Assembly (NCBI RefSeq): GCF_009914755.1
Contig: NC_060930.1
From: the human T2T-CHM13v2.0 reference genome, Homo sapiens
Direction: 5' to 3' (one strand)
DNA length: 64,000 nucleotides
Part shown: positions 13,935-28,029 of the stretch, piece after piece
How positions within the stretch are numbered: the first letter of the stretch is position 1
Layout: the number at the start of each line of letters is the position of its first letter
Program-made: the position numbers and the translations under genes
The notes under the pieces: generated by a model
Told to the model about the DNA's origin: nothing
Database searches by the model: none
The model's input: only the letters and a program-made list of their open reading frames with translations

Positions 13935-14177
13935 TTTTTTTTTTTTTTTTTTGAGACGGAGTCTCTCTCTCTCTTGCCCAGGCTGGAGTGCAGTGGCACA
14001 ATCTCAGTTCACTGCCACCTCTGCTTCCTGGGTTCAAGCAATTTCTGGCTAATTTTTGTATTTTTAGTAGAGACGGGGTTTCACCTTGTTGTCCAGGCTG
14101 GTCTTGAACTCCCGACCTCAAGTGATCCACCTGCCTTGGCCTCCCAAATTGTTAGGGTTACAGGCGTGAGCCACCAC
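13935..14177 (-). mobile_element. AluS with ~50-bp internal deletion
   Basis: ggttcaagcaatt joins directly to ctggctaattttt. Confidence 0.9.
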
Positions 14178-14364
14178 CAATCTTTTCGACAGATGGTGTG
14201 TGTTTGCCGCCAAACTTCCATAAGAACAGATACTGAGTACTTTGCTATATCAGCAAGGGATATGAAAGTGGAGCAAAAGACCAAAGAAGGATGAAGGGAC
14301 CCCTTATTTGACTCTGTTTCATGGTGCTACAGGTTTTATAGTCAGATGGAGACTCAGATTGGGA

Positions 14365-14490
14365 AGTACAGTTCTGCCTTTTTTAAACATGGAAAACCAG
14401 GCTCAAGCAAGGTGAAATGACTTGCTCAGGGTCACATGGCTGGAAGCAGGGCTGCAGCTGGAGCGCAGGCATCTTCTTACCCAGCTCCTC
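14365..14490. mobile_element. MIR fragment
   Basis: MIR core aggtgaaatgacttgctcagggtcacatggct. Confidence 0.65.
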
Positions 14491-16009
14491 AGAAGGACAT
14501 TCATTATTGGGATAACTTGAGGAGATTTATGTAACAGCACTTGAAGTTAACGGGGTCTTTGGAATACATGTCTACCTTGTGGCATAAAAAGCACTGCCTG
14601 TGTATGTGTAGCTTTGTTACAGAAGGAAGCAGACACATACTTGGCATATATATTTATTTCCTTCTAACTGTTGATTCTAAACCATCTGAATGTTTCTAAA
14701 CATTCTGTAATATAAGGAATTGCAACTCATTTCCCATATTTTGTGCAGTGTGTGGTACTGAGATATTATTTATGTGGGCAAGTTGGGAATTGTGATGGGA
14801 AGCTAAACATGAATAGGACAATAAAAAGAGAAACATATTTAATTTTCTTAGGGAAACTTTGAAATATAATATGGAAAAAAAATCAAAGTGTGCATTTTAA
14901 GGGACAGCTGGGATCCTGACCCTCTGGTGCAGTAAACACTGCATTTTTTTTTCCATATTGACAGATACACAGCCTCTGCATTTGACATTGCTGGTTATTG
15001 TTTAATGCTTAGCATAATCCTCTGCTTGGGAGCATTCACAGGACACTTGTTGGTTGACTGACTAATTCTTCACATCACAGAACTGACCAATTGTGAGAGT
15101 TGCTCAAATCTTTAGTTTACAGTTGAGCAAATAAACAAGAGTGGGGACATAGCTTTAGACTCACAAATGGCATGGAATATCTCAGACACTTTCTGCAGTT
15201 CTAATATTGATCTAGGAGTGTTCTTAAAACATTACTATGGCAACAATCCCTATTCAGTGGGGGAAAGCAATGCATTATCTATGCAAAGAAAGAAGTGAGA
15301 AAAGAGTATTTCAGATGCCGCCTTTTTATGCCCTGCAGATTGATGTGCCCTGACCTCTCAGTATTATTTTTGCTGAGGACAGTGTCTGGAAAATAAGATG
15401 TGTTGAGAGCTACTGACTGACTCTGGAAGATGTCATCAATTCAAATACTATGTCACAGAAAATCGCATCTTGATGATTTAAGATTTTCCACAAAAATGAA
15501 TACTTTCATCATATTTGAAGTTAATCAGGTTTATCACTTGAGAACACCATGAAAAAAATAATATTTTCAGCCAGTAGCTGAAGATAGTAGCATAGGGTAC
15601 GGTACAAAGATATGGCTGTAGGTGTTCATAAATTTGTTCATGTGGCATTTACTGAACAAATATTTTTCGAGCATAGTCTGTGAGTAAGAAGGGTGCTAGA
15701 TGTCAATTCCATCAGCAAGAGTTACTAGAGCTTATTGATGCTTTTTGAACATTTATGACCAGGTTTTGCTTCTATCATTAAACAAGTCATGCCTCTGCCA
15801 AGCATGATCAAACTCAACACTTCATTTCTTTCTTTTTTTCCTTCACAGAATCTAGAAATAGCAGGTAACTTACCAACTGTTTTATCATCTTTGTTTCAAA
15901 GATGAGAAAACTAAGGAAACTAGTCAGTCTGTATAGTATAAATTACAGTGTAAACTGGCCATTTGCCATAATTTGCTTCATGTTGATGGTCAAACCTGAT
16001 GGAATACTT

Positions 16010-16235
16010 TGTGTGTGTGTATATATATATATATATATAGTATATATACGTATAGATGTATCTATAGTCTGTATGTATAGATACGTATATTTGTATATGT
16101 ACATATATAAAGTATGTATGTATAAATGTATACATAAAGTGTGTATATGTGTGTATATATGTGATATATATGCATACTTTTAAGTATATGACTCATATAT
16201 ATGCATACATATGCACACACATATAAGTATATGAA
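16010..16235. repeat. (TG)n/(TA)n low-complexity tract
   Basis: Direct inspection. Confidence 0.9.
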
Positions 16236-16289
16236 TTACCTGGATTCACTAGATAAGTAGATTACTCAAATGCTATATTATTTATTACA

Positions 16290-16440
16290 TAAATATGGTC
16301 CAGGGCTAGCAGCATCAGCATCATCTGGGAGCTTGATAGAAATGAAGAATCTCAGGCCCCACCCCAAATCTACCAAATCAAAGTCTGCCTTTTAACAAGA
16401 TCCCCAGGTGATTCACGCACAATTAAAGCTTGAGAAGCAT
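16290..16440. mobile_element. MER5A DNA transposon
   Basis: gcagcatcagcatcatctgggagcttgatagaaatg...ttaacaagatccccaggtgattc. Confidence 0.8.
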
Positions 16441-17754
16441 TTCTGTAACAGATTTTAACCAGCCAAGTGAGTTGAGAGTTGAGACAATTATCTAAAGGAA
16501 GAAATCTGTTTCAATTCTCTATATAGTTTTTAAAAAGTGATTATCTGGGAGGTAGAAGGGAGAATGGTCAGGATGTTGAACTATATGGATAAGTACTTCC
16601 ATTCTCAGATTTGTTGCCCGTGTGGTCATGCCATGATGCCTGCTCAAGAATAAGCTTTCAAGTCTCTTAAATCCCCAGTGAATTAGGATAGGCAAAGTAT
16701 TGCTCATTATTTAAAGATAAATTATTTATTATGCAAACAATAGAAATTTAAAAATTAAAAAGAAAATCCTAACTCTCATCATGTGGCCTTTCAATTTCAA
16801 TGAGCTGCCAGTCTCTGCATATTCACACATGATGTTTACATACTTGTATTTGTACAATCATTCATTTACTCCAAGCAATAGGGTGAACATGGACAAAGCT
16901 ATGGAGGTTAGATGGAAAGAATGTAATGTTTGAAGATTTTGTATTCATTCTCTTTTGTATAGTGCTATGTTGAGCTAATTGTAATGATAATTAGTAACAA
17001 TAATTCTGGCTATAATCAAATGTCCTAATCATGATTTGTAATGACTGTAACACATCTTACTGAATTGCTGCAAAAACATTATTTAATCATTCTGCTATTA
17101 GATACATATTCAGATAATTTCTATGTTTTGTCATTATAAATAATGCAGTAATAAACATCTTTGTGCAGTCTGTATAGTTTGAGCCATCAAATTCATTTCA
17201 TAGCATAAATTACCAATAATCAAATTATTGAATATAAATATATATAATATTTTACAAAGCACACCTATAATATATACACACTTATGGATAAAGTTGTTCT
17301 AGAAAAAGCCTATAACAATTTATTTTGAATCCTGCATTGTTAGAGCATTCCAGTTTCAACGCATCTTGCTAGCAATAGAAATAATTATTTCCAAATTTAT
17401 TAATCAGCATACAGCATTATTTTTCCACAATGAAAAATAATTGAAACTATAACTAAAATTAACTTTCTCTATCTTGTTTTCTTAGAGCAAAATTTCCCAG
17501 TGTATCTTCTGTGATCCAAACCATAAATGGGCAACAAGTGTATTGGGATATTGTGCTCCATGATCTTCTGAGCAACACTGGAGATAATTGAAGCCTCTGT
17601 CTGGATGGTCACTCCCCACCATGAACAGTGTGGGAAAAGTTTGGGCAGACTTAGAATCACTGTTTCCTCTACTTCAGTTCTTTCTTTTTTTTTCTACAGA
17701 AACAGTTTTTAAAATTAACATTTGTAGGGCAGAGAAAATACTCTGTATGATACT

Positions 17755-20214
17755 TGCATTAGGCTGTTCTTGCATTGCTATAAAGAAATACCTGAAACTG
17801 TATACTTTATTAAAAGAGAGGTTTAATTGGCTCACAGTTCTGCAGGCTGTACAGGAAGCATAGCACCAGAATATGCTTCTCAGAGGCCTCAGAAAGGTTT
17901 TACTCATGGTGAAAGGCAAAGCAGGGAGCTTGCATGCCACATGACAAAAGCAGAAGCAACACGGACAGGGGGTGGGGTGGTATACACTTAAACAACCAGA
18001 TCTCGAGTGAGCTGACTCACTATCACAAGGACAACATCAAGGCATGAGGGATCTACCCCCATGACACAAACACCTCCCACCAGACCCCACCTCCAACATT
18101 GGGAATTACAATTCAACATGAGATTTGGTGGGGACATATATTCAAATTATGTCATTCCACCCCTAGCCCCCACATCTCATGTCCTCACATTGCAAAATAC
18201 AATATTGCCTTCCCAATAGTCCCCCAGATGTAACTCATTCTAGCATCAACTCAAAAGTCCCAAGTCCCAAGTCCAAGTCCAAAGTCTCATCAGACAATGA
18301 GTTCCTTCTACCTACGATACTGTAAAATCAAAACAAGCCATTTACTTCCAAGACCCAGTGGGGGTATAGGCATTGGGTAAACACTTCCTTTCCAAAAGGG
18401 AAAAATTGGCCCAAAAAAAGGAAGCCAGAGGCTCCATGCAAGATCAAAACCCAGCAGGGCAGCCCTTAAATCTTATAGCTCCAAAATAATCTCCTTTGAC
18501 TCCATGTCCCACATCCAGAGCATGCTGGTGTAAGGGGTGGGCTCCCAAGGCCTTGGGCAGCTCTACCTCTTTGGCTTTGCAGGGTTCAGCCCCCATGGCT
18601 GCTTTCACAGGTTGTTGTGTGCCTGGGGCTTTTCCAGGTGCAGGGAGCAAGCTACCAGTGGACGTAGCATTCTGGAGTCTGGAGGATGGTGGCCCCCTTC
18701 TCACAGCTCCACTAGGCAGTGCCTCATTGGGGACTGTGTGGGGATTCCAACCCCACATTTCCCCTTGGCACTCTCCTAGCAGAGGCTCTCTGTGAGGGCT
18801 CTGCCTCTGTGGCAGGCTTCTGCTTGGGCACCCAGGCTTTCCCATACATCCTCTGAAATCTAGGCAAAGGCTACTAAGACTCCTTTACTCTTGCACTGTG
18901 TGGGCCTGCAGGCTTAACACCACATGAATGCCTCCAAAGCTCATGGCTTTTGTCGTCTGGAGTGGCAGCCAGAGATGTACTGGAGTCCCTTTGATCCACA
19001 GCTGATGATGGAGCAGAGGAGATGTAGGAAGCAGTGTCCTGAGACTGCACAGGGCAGCAGGACCCTAGGCCTGGTTCATGAAACCATTCAGTCCTTCTGG
19101 GCCTCTGAGCCTATGATAGGAGGGGCTGCTGTGAAGGTCTTAGAAATACCTTTGAGACCTTTTTCCCATTGTCTTGGCTATCAGCACTTGTCTCCTTTTA
19201 AGTTATGCAAATCTCTCTAGCAAGTGGTTGCTCTGCAACCTGCTTGAATTTCTCTCCCCAAAAAGCTTTTTCTTTCTCTGCTGCATATCTAGGCTACAAA
19301 TTTTCCAAACTTTCATGTTCTGCTTCCCTTTTAAATATAATTTCCAATTTAAAAAAATTTATTTGCTCCTACCTCTGAGTGTATCCTGTTAGAAGCAGCC
19401 AGGCCACACCTTGAACACTTGGCTGCTTAGAAATTTCTTCTGCCAGACACCCTAGCTCATCACTTCAAGTTGAAATTTCCAAAGATCCCTAGGGCATGGG
19501 TACAATGCAGCCAAATTTTTTGCTAGGACACAACAAAGGTGACCTTTGCTCCAGTTTTTAGTAAGTTCCTCATTTGCCTCTGAGACCTCAGCAGCCTGGA
19601 CTTCACTGTCCATATCACTGTCAGCATTTTGGTCACAATCATTTAACTACTCTAAGAAGTTCCAAACTTTCCTTCCTCTTCCTGTCTTCTTCTGAGCCCT
19701 CTAGACTCTTCCAATATCTGCCCGTTACCCAATTCCAAAGTTGCTTTCACATTTTCAGGTATCCTTATAGCAATGTCCCACTCCTGGTACCAATTTTCTG
19801 TGTTAGGCCATTCTTGCATTGCTATAAAGAAATACCTGAGACTGGGTAATTTATAAGAAAGAGATTTAATTAGTTCATGGTTCTGCAGGCTTTACAGGAA
19901 GTATAGCATCAGCGTCTGCTCTTGGGAGGGCTCAGGAAGCTTTTACTTATGTTAGAGGGTGAAGCAGGAAGCTTGCATGTTACATGGAGAAATCAGGAGC
20001 AAGAAGGAGTGGGAGGGGGGTGTCACACACTTAACCAAATCTTGCGAGAACTCACTTACTATTGTGAGGACACTACCAAGCAGAAGGGATCTTCCCCCAT
20101 GACCAAAACACCTCCCACCAGGCTCCCCCTGCAACATTCCCCAATGTTGATTAAATTAAATGGGATTAATATTCAACATGAGATTTGGTGGGAACATATA
20201 TTGAAACTATATCA
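17755..20214 (-). mobile_element. Complete MST-family MaLR element (LTR 17755-18154, internal 18155-19798, LTR 19799-20214) inserted in an L1MC 3' end
   Basis: Two homologous LTRs (ttcttgcattgctataaagaaatacctga...agatttggtggg), ctggtaccaatt junction, tact duplicated at the flanks. Confidence 0.9.
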
Positions 20215-20504
20215 TACTATAAGGCTGAATACAGTACGTGGCATTATACATCTGTCCAAACCATAGAATGTATACCACCAAAGGTGAGCCCTAATGTAAA
20301 CTATGAACTTTAGGTTATGATGAGGAGCCAGTGTGGGTTCATTGATTGTAACAAATATACCACTATGGTGCTTGATGTTGATAGTTGGGGAGGTTACACA
20401 TGTGTTGGGGTAGACAATAAATGGGGAATCTCTGTATCTTTCACTCAATTTTGCTGTGAACCTAAAACTGCTCTAAACAATATAAAGTCTTTAAAAAATA
20501 ATAT
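20215..20504 (+). mobile_element. L1MC 3' end (continues from ~17720-17754)
   Basis: gtgagccctaatgtaaactatgaac...ttttgctgtgaacctaaaactgctc. Confidence 0.8.
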
Positions 20505-21111
20505 ACTTTATTTTTTGATAAGTTTTGGGTTTACAAGACAATTGAACAGAAGGCACAGAGAGTTCCTAAATACTCACTCAACCCAAACACACCTCCTGGT
20601 TTCCCTTATTATTAACATCATGCATTAGTGTGGTACACTTGTTACAAATGATGAGCCAATCTTGATACATTAATATTAAAGTCCATAGTTTAAGGTTCAC
20701 TCTTAGTATTATACACTTCTATGAGTTTTGACAAAAACCCTATCACATGCATCTACCACTACAGTATCATATAGAATAGTTTCACTGTTCTGAAAATCAC
20801 CTGTGCTCCACTTATTCATCCTTTCTTCACCTCTTTCCTCGGAACCCCTAGCAATCACTGATCTTTTTATTGTCTCCACAGGTTTGCCTCTTCCAGACTG
20901 TCATATAGTTGTAATCTTATAGTATATAGCCTTTTCAGATTGGCTTTTCTTACTTAGCAAGTTTCCTCCGTGTCTCCTCACAGTGTGATAGTTCATTTCT
21001 TTTTATTACTGAATAAGATTTCATTGTATGGATGTACCACCGTTTGTTTACCTATTTACCTATATTGGTTGCTTTCAAGTTTTAGCAATTATGAATAAAC
21101 TGCTATAAACA

Positions 21112-22307
21112 AAAGACATCAAATCAACCTAGATGCCATGAACAGCAGACTGGATGAAGAAAATGTGGTACATATACACCATGGAATACTGCACAGCTAC
21201 TAAAAAAAAAATGAGATCCTGGCCTTTGCAGCAACATGGATGGAGCTGAAGGCATTATCCTAAGCAAAGTAATGCAGAAACAGAAAACCAAATACTGCAT
21301 GTTCTGACCTATAAGTGGGAGCTAAACATTGAGTATACATGAACACAAAAAAAGGATCAATAGACATTGGGGCCTATTTGAGGGTGGTGGGTGAGAGGAG
21401 GGTTAAGATTGAAAAACTACCTATCAGGTATTATCCTGATTACCTGGGTGACAAAAGTATCTGTATACCAAACCCTTGGGACATGCAATTTACCCATGTA
21501 ATGAATTTGCACCTGCACCCCTGGAACCTAAAAAAAAGCTGGAAAGAAAAAAAAAAGATAAAACTTATAATTAAAAAAAAACTGAGGTAGGAAATTAAAG
21601 AAAAAAATAAAAAATAGAATTAAAAAGAGAAAAACAAACTTTCTATATTAGGCTGACTCATCCCAAAGGCAGTAACAGGCAAAGCCTGGACCCAGGCGAA
21701 GTCTCAATAACATTATCAAAGAAGCCAGGGCTCAGAGGAATGTGCTCTAGAGACTCTCCCAGCACTCTCTCAAAATAAGGAGAAGAAAACAAATTTCCCT
21801 TTCCCCTATGATATGAGTAAACTTATGAGTTTATAGATTCCTGTTTTCTGTAACTAGTAACTTCAAGTATTCTGTTTTATCTAAGCAGCACAGTGAAAGT
21901 TATAAGACATGCCTGAGCAGGCCTGGGCTGCAGCCATCTAGGTGCCATAGCAAAGGTTATGAGATAAACCCGTGCAAGGCACTAGAGCAAGCCTGGATAA
22001 CAGCCATCTAGACCGCATAGCAAGAGTTGCATGTAATCCTGAGTTATGAACCTGTCACAATTTGATTAACTGCCTTTGTTCTGCCTCTGTCTCCTTGCTT
22101 TCACACCACTACACACTACTATAAGCTTATTCCAAGCTAGCCCACCCCCTTTTAGAAGTGTGTATAAAAGTCAAGTGCTGTCTTTGTTCTAGGCCCAGTT
22201 TTTGGATGTTAATCTGCTAAGTCTAAGTGCACTCAATAAACATCCTACTATTTCACCCCGTAGTCTCTCTAGTCCTCCTCATTCCCACAACAAAACAAAA
22301 CAAAATG
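21112..22307 (+). mobile_element. L1PB-type 3' end (21112-21582) whose A-tail carries a solo LTR
   Basis: TSD aaactgctataaaca (21097-21111) / aaactgccataaaca (22308-22322). Confidence 0.85.
21583..22292 (+). mobile_element. Intact ~710-bp solo ERV LTR (family not assigned)
   Basis: TG...CA termini, 4-bp TSD aaac, TATA gtataaaa (~22162), AATAAA (22235-22240). Confidence 0.75.
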
Positions 22308-22857
22308 AAACTGCCATAAACATTTGTATGTGGGGCTTTGTATAAACATGTTTTCAATTCATTGGGGTAAATACCAAGGAGCAAAACTGCTGTATCATAT
22401 GGTCAGAGTATGTTTAGTTTTGTGAATATTGCCAATCTGTCTCCCAAAGTTGCCATATCATTTTGCATTTCCATCAGCAATACATGAGAGTTCCTCTTGC
22501 TCCACAAACTCACCAGCATTTGGTGTTTTAGTGTTTTTGAGTTTTAGTTGTGTGGTGGTTTATCATTGTTGTTTTAATTTGCAATATCTTAATGACATGT
22601 TGTGTTGAGGATCTTTCTCTATGCTTATTTGCCATTTGTATATCTTCTTTGATGAGATGTCCATTCAGAACTTTTGCCTATTTTTCAATTGGGTTGTTTG
22701 TTTTCTTATTGTTAAGTTATAAGAGTTCTTTGTTGAATTCTTTGGCTATCAGTCCTTATGTGTTTTGCAAATATTTTCTTCCAGTCTGTGGCTTGTCTTT
22801 TCATGTTCTTAATAGCATCTTTCACAGAGAAGTTTTTAAAATTTTAATAAAGTCTAT

Positions 22858-23180
22858 TGATGAAAAGAGTCAAACTCTGTAAAATACTTGAAGAGATTTA
22901 TTCTGAGCCAAATGGGAATGTTAAAGCCTGTGACACAGCCCCAGGAGATCCTGAAAACATATACCCAAGGTGGTTGGGCTACAGCTTGTTTTTTTTTTTG
23001 CATTTTAGGGAGACATAAGACATCAATCAGTGCATGTAGGATATACATTGGTTTGGTCCAGAAAGGCAAGACAACTTGAAGTATGAAGTGGCGGGTGTGG
23101 GTGTGGGGGTGCTTCCAGGTCATAGGTGGTTGCAAAGATTTTCTGATTAGAAATTGGTTGAGTTTCTCTAAAGACCTGGA
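22858..23180 (-). mobile_element. MER4-group ERV1 LTR fragment
   Basis: gagatttattctgagccaaat...cattttagggagacataagacatcaatc. Confidence 0.75.
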
Positions 23181-24019
23181 ATCAATGGACTTCATAAGAA
23201 GTCTAGTTTATTTTAATTGTCTAACTTGCCATTTAAAAGATAAATTATTTTTTAGGAAACTAAAATAAAAGAGTTTATTCTTTTATTAAAAATTCATTAC
23301 TTAGTAGATTTTCACCAGGTATTGACAGAAAGAAGGAATTTTTAAGTACTGATTTATATCATTTGCATGATCTATCATATCAATAGAAGTGTGATCATAG
23401 AATCACCACCCTTTCTCTGTTGGATTGTCTTCTCTCCTTTGTAAAAGATCAGTTGACTATATTTGTTTGGGTCCATTTCTGGGTTTTCTTTACTGTTCTG
23501 TTGAAATATTTGTCTTTTTTTTTTCCCACCAATACAACACTGTCTTGGTTACTGTAGCTTGAGAGTAAGTCTTGAAGTCAGATAGTGTCAGTGCTCTGAC
23601 TGTTCTGCTCCTTTAAATACTGTCTTGGTTGTTCTGGGTCTTTTGTCTTTCTGTGTAGACTTTGGAATGTTTGTCAATGTCCACAAAGTAACTTGCTGGG
23701 ACTTTGATTGGGTTGCATTGAATCTACAGATCAAGTTGGGAAGAATTGACATGTTAAAACATTTAGGGTGATAGGTGTCGACTAGTAGGGTCTGGAGTAG
23801 CCTGTGGTCTGGCCTTTTAATAGCAATTCAAAAAGGCTGTTATAGGAAAAGTTTACTCCAGCTCTTTGGCATTCTGGGATTTGGGGGCAACCACAGTGGG
23901 GTGCAGTCAGTGAGTAGATAGCACCCTGAACCAGACCCTGCATTGGGGCTCACAATCTGGAATGATAAATGACACAGGTAAATCAATATATTGGGTAATT
24001 TCAGAGTAATTCAAGTGTT

Positions 24020-24700
24020 TATTGAGCAGCTTCTGTGTGCAAAACTCTTTTCTAAGCACTTAGGAGACACCAGAAAAGATAACAAAAATTCCTCCCCTGG
24101 AGTAGCTCACATTCTAAAGGCCTGAAGGAGGTGGCCGGGTAGGGGACAAGCAAGGAATGATGTTGATAATTAAGTGATTCATGCTGTAGAAAAAAATAGA
24201 TTAGCAAGGGATAGAGCACAGGGGAGCAGGAGTTAGAGGACCTTTTATTAAGAAGGTGACACCTGAGCAAACACTGAAGTTCACAGAGGTTGTCTCAGAA
24301 CAGTGCTCAGGCTAAAGAACAGCCAATGTGCAGGCCTTGCTGGGGATGCCTGGCACTTAGGAGGAGCAACAGAAGCTGTTGTGGCTTCAGGGAGTGAGTG
24401 AAGACGAAAATTTAAGGACAGGAAGGCAGAGATAATGTGGTTCCTTGTGAGGAGCTGTCTTCAAGTTCAAGGTTTTGAGCCATTTGTGCTACTGGCTAGA
24501 AAGCTGATAGAATAGTCTGGTAGAAAGTAACAGGGAAGGAGACTGGGAGGGAATGATCAGGGAAAATCTCTGTGAGAAGGAGAGAGACATTTGAATGAAA
24601 AGAAGAAAGCAGGCAAATGGAGGTAAGGGGAAGAGCTTTCCATGCAGGGGAGAATAGCCAGTACAAAGATCCAGTGGTGGGAAAAAGCTTAGAGTCCAAG
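24020..24700 (-). mobile_element. L2 fragments
   Basis: tttattgagcagcttctgtgtgc; aaggtgacacctgagcaaacactgaag. Confidence 0.6.
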
Positions 24701-26076
24701 GGAGAGATGCCAATGTCTCCCTGCAGGGTGAAATGTGTAATGCCTGGAGATGTTTGTAAAAATAAAAATAAAAATAAAAATAAAAAAATTAAGTCTTCCT
24801 ATCCATGTATATGAACTGTCTCACCATGTGTTATCTTCCTTGATTTCTTTCATCACAGTCTTACAATTTTCCTCATATAAATTTTGTGCTTATTTTTACA
24901 GATTTCTTTTTTCTTTTTAGTGTGAATGTAAATGACATTATGTTTTCATTTCAAATTTCAATTTTTCACTGCTGGTATATAAGAAAGCAATTTATATATT
25001 AACCTTGTATCCTGCAATCTTGTTAAAATTGCTTATTAGCTTCAGGGTTTTCTGATGTTGATTCTTTGGGATTTTCTACATTGATGGTCATGTCATCTAT
25101 GAACAAATACATTTTTATTTCTTCCTTTCCAATCTGTATACATTTTATGTTATTTTCCTATCTTATTGTATCAGCTAGGACTTCCCAGTAGGATGTTAAA
25201 TAGGAGTGGTAAGAACAGACATTCTTGCCTTGTTCCTACCTGATCTTAGGGGTAGATCTTGCTTCTCACCATTAAGTATAACAGTAGCTGTATGGTTTTT
25301 GTAGATGTTTTATATCAAGTTGAGGAAGTCCCTCTCTATTCCTAGTTTGCTGAGGGTTTTTTTTTTTTTTTAATCATTAATGGGTTTTGGGTTTTCTCAA
25401 ATGTTTTTTCTGCATCTATTGATAAAATCATGTTTTTTCTTATTTAGCCTGTTGATGTAATGAATTAAATTAACTGATTTTTGAAACCACACATGGCATA
25501 AATCCCACTGGTTCATGATGTATAATTCTTTTTATACACCATTGGGTGTTATTTGCTAATAATTTGTTGTGGATTTTTACATCTGTATTCATGAGAGATG
25601 GTTAGAGATATTGGTCTGCAGTTTTCCTTTCTTTCAGTGTCTTTGGTTTCACTACTGGTGGAATGCTGGTCTCATAGAATGTTAGAGAGTATTCTTTCTG
25701 CTTCTATTTTCTCTAAAAGATTATAGATAATTAGTATAATTTCTTTCTTAAATTTTTGGTGGAATTTATCAATGAACCCATCTGGGCCTGGTGCTTTCTG
25801 TTTTGACAGGCTACTAATTATTGATTTAATTTCTTTAATAGATATAGGCCTATTCCAACTGTGTATTTCTCCTTGTGTGGATTTTGGTAGATTGTATCTT
25901 TCAAGGAGTTGGTTCATTTATCTGGGTTATATACGTGGACATAGAGTTGTTCAGAAGATTCCTTTATTAACCTTTTAATGCCCATGGAATCAGCAGTGAT
26001 GACCCATCTTTTATTTCTTATATTAATGTATTCTCTTTTTTTCTTAGTTAGCCTGGCTAGAGGTTTATTGATTTGA

Positions 26077-26446
<370 letters not shown>

Positions 26447-28029
26447 TATTTCTTCTCTTCTGCCTACTTTGGGCTTAATTTGTTCTTCTTTTTCTAGTTT
26501 CTGAAGTTGGAAGCTTAGGATATTGATGCTATATCTTTCTTTTCTTTCATATATACATTCAATACTTTAAATTTTCCTCTAAGCACTGTTTTTTCTGTAT
26601 CTCACAAATTTTGATAAACTGTATTTTCAAAATATTTCTAAATTTTCCTTGAGACTTCTTATTTGACCCACGTGTTATTTGGAGGTATGTTGTTTAACAT
26701 TCAAATATTTGAGTAAGTTTCCATCTATCATTCTTTTATTGATTTTAAGTTGAATTCTATTGTGGTCTGAGAATATGCTTTGCATGATTTCCATTTTTTT
26801 AATATCTATGATGGGGTGTCTTATGGCTCAGAATGTATTCTATCTTGATAAATGTTCCAGGTTAGCTTGAGAACAACGTGTATTCTGTTGTGTATAAATG
26901 TCAATTAGGTCCAGTTGACTGATAATGCTGTTCAAGCCAATTCTATCTTTACTTATTTTCTGCTTGTTTCATCTCTCAATTACTTGACAAGAGGGATGTT
27001 GAAGTGTCCAACTATAATAGTGGATTTATTTATCCATTGAGTTATATCAATTTCTTCCTCATATTTCAAAACCCTGTTGTTAGGTGCATATATGTTTAGG
27101 ATTGTTAGATCTTCTTGGACATAAATATTTTCTACTTGTCAAGAGCAATTGTTTAAGATTAATCTAAGACTTTAGAGACCAAATAAAAGATAAGCTTTTA
27201 TGTACAAACTGAAAACAGTATTTAGTATTTACAATTCCATCAACTATATTTTATGGCTAAAAAAGAAAAAGAGGAATTGTTGCACAATTTGAGTCAACTG
27301 GTCTCAAGTTTGGTATGAACAATATCTTAGAAACCCTTGACGAAAATGGATAATGTCCCTATCATGTTATACCGCACTCATACAAGTTTCACAGAGGGGT
27401 AGGGACTAATGCCATTGTGACACTCTCCTTACAGAGGCATCTTTATTAAATTGAATACTAATGTAAAGTTCAGGTTATAAGTATACATGATTCATTTATT
27501 TTAAAGGTACTTAGAATTAAGTATCACTCAGTACCTACATAAAGGCCTGTCCCCAGATCTACTAGGGAAAAAGCCACCAGAAGGTTGGAAAAGTCATCTA
27601 ATGCCTAGAAATGATGTATAATAATGATAGCTAGTAATGATATCTTCTGGCCACTTCCTAAATCCTTGGGTAAGGAAACTACTCTCCCTACTAGTACTAG
27701 TCTGTTAATGATAAACATTCAGAGAAAAATTCTAGTCACTAATCAATTCTAGTCACTAATCAAAAGTGATATTTGATATGTAGGAAATGATGGGGCTCAG
27801 AGAAGCTGGAAAATGTGGCCCCCAAAAGAAAATTTCAGAGCCTTATTTGAGAGATCTAACTTCATAATTGAACTGTAATATAAAGTTGGACTAACTCCTT
27901 TTTCATGATATTCAACTGGAGCTTTCTGAATATCTGAATTTCCTAGATTTTTATTCATGAAATAGGGGGACAGGGAAGGAAGCCACCACATCCAAGACCA
28001 TTAGAACATACATTGAGATTTTGGCTAAT

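Noticed and set aside
18444-19849. Several 70-130-aa ORFs
   Set aside because: Lie within the MST MaLR internal region; decayed element
27728-27763. 17-bp tandem duplication aattctagtcactaatc x2
   Set aside because: Ordinary slippage duplication with no functional context
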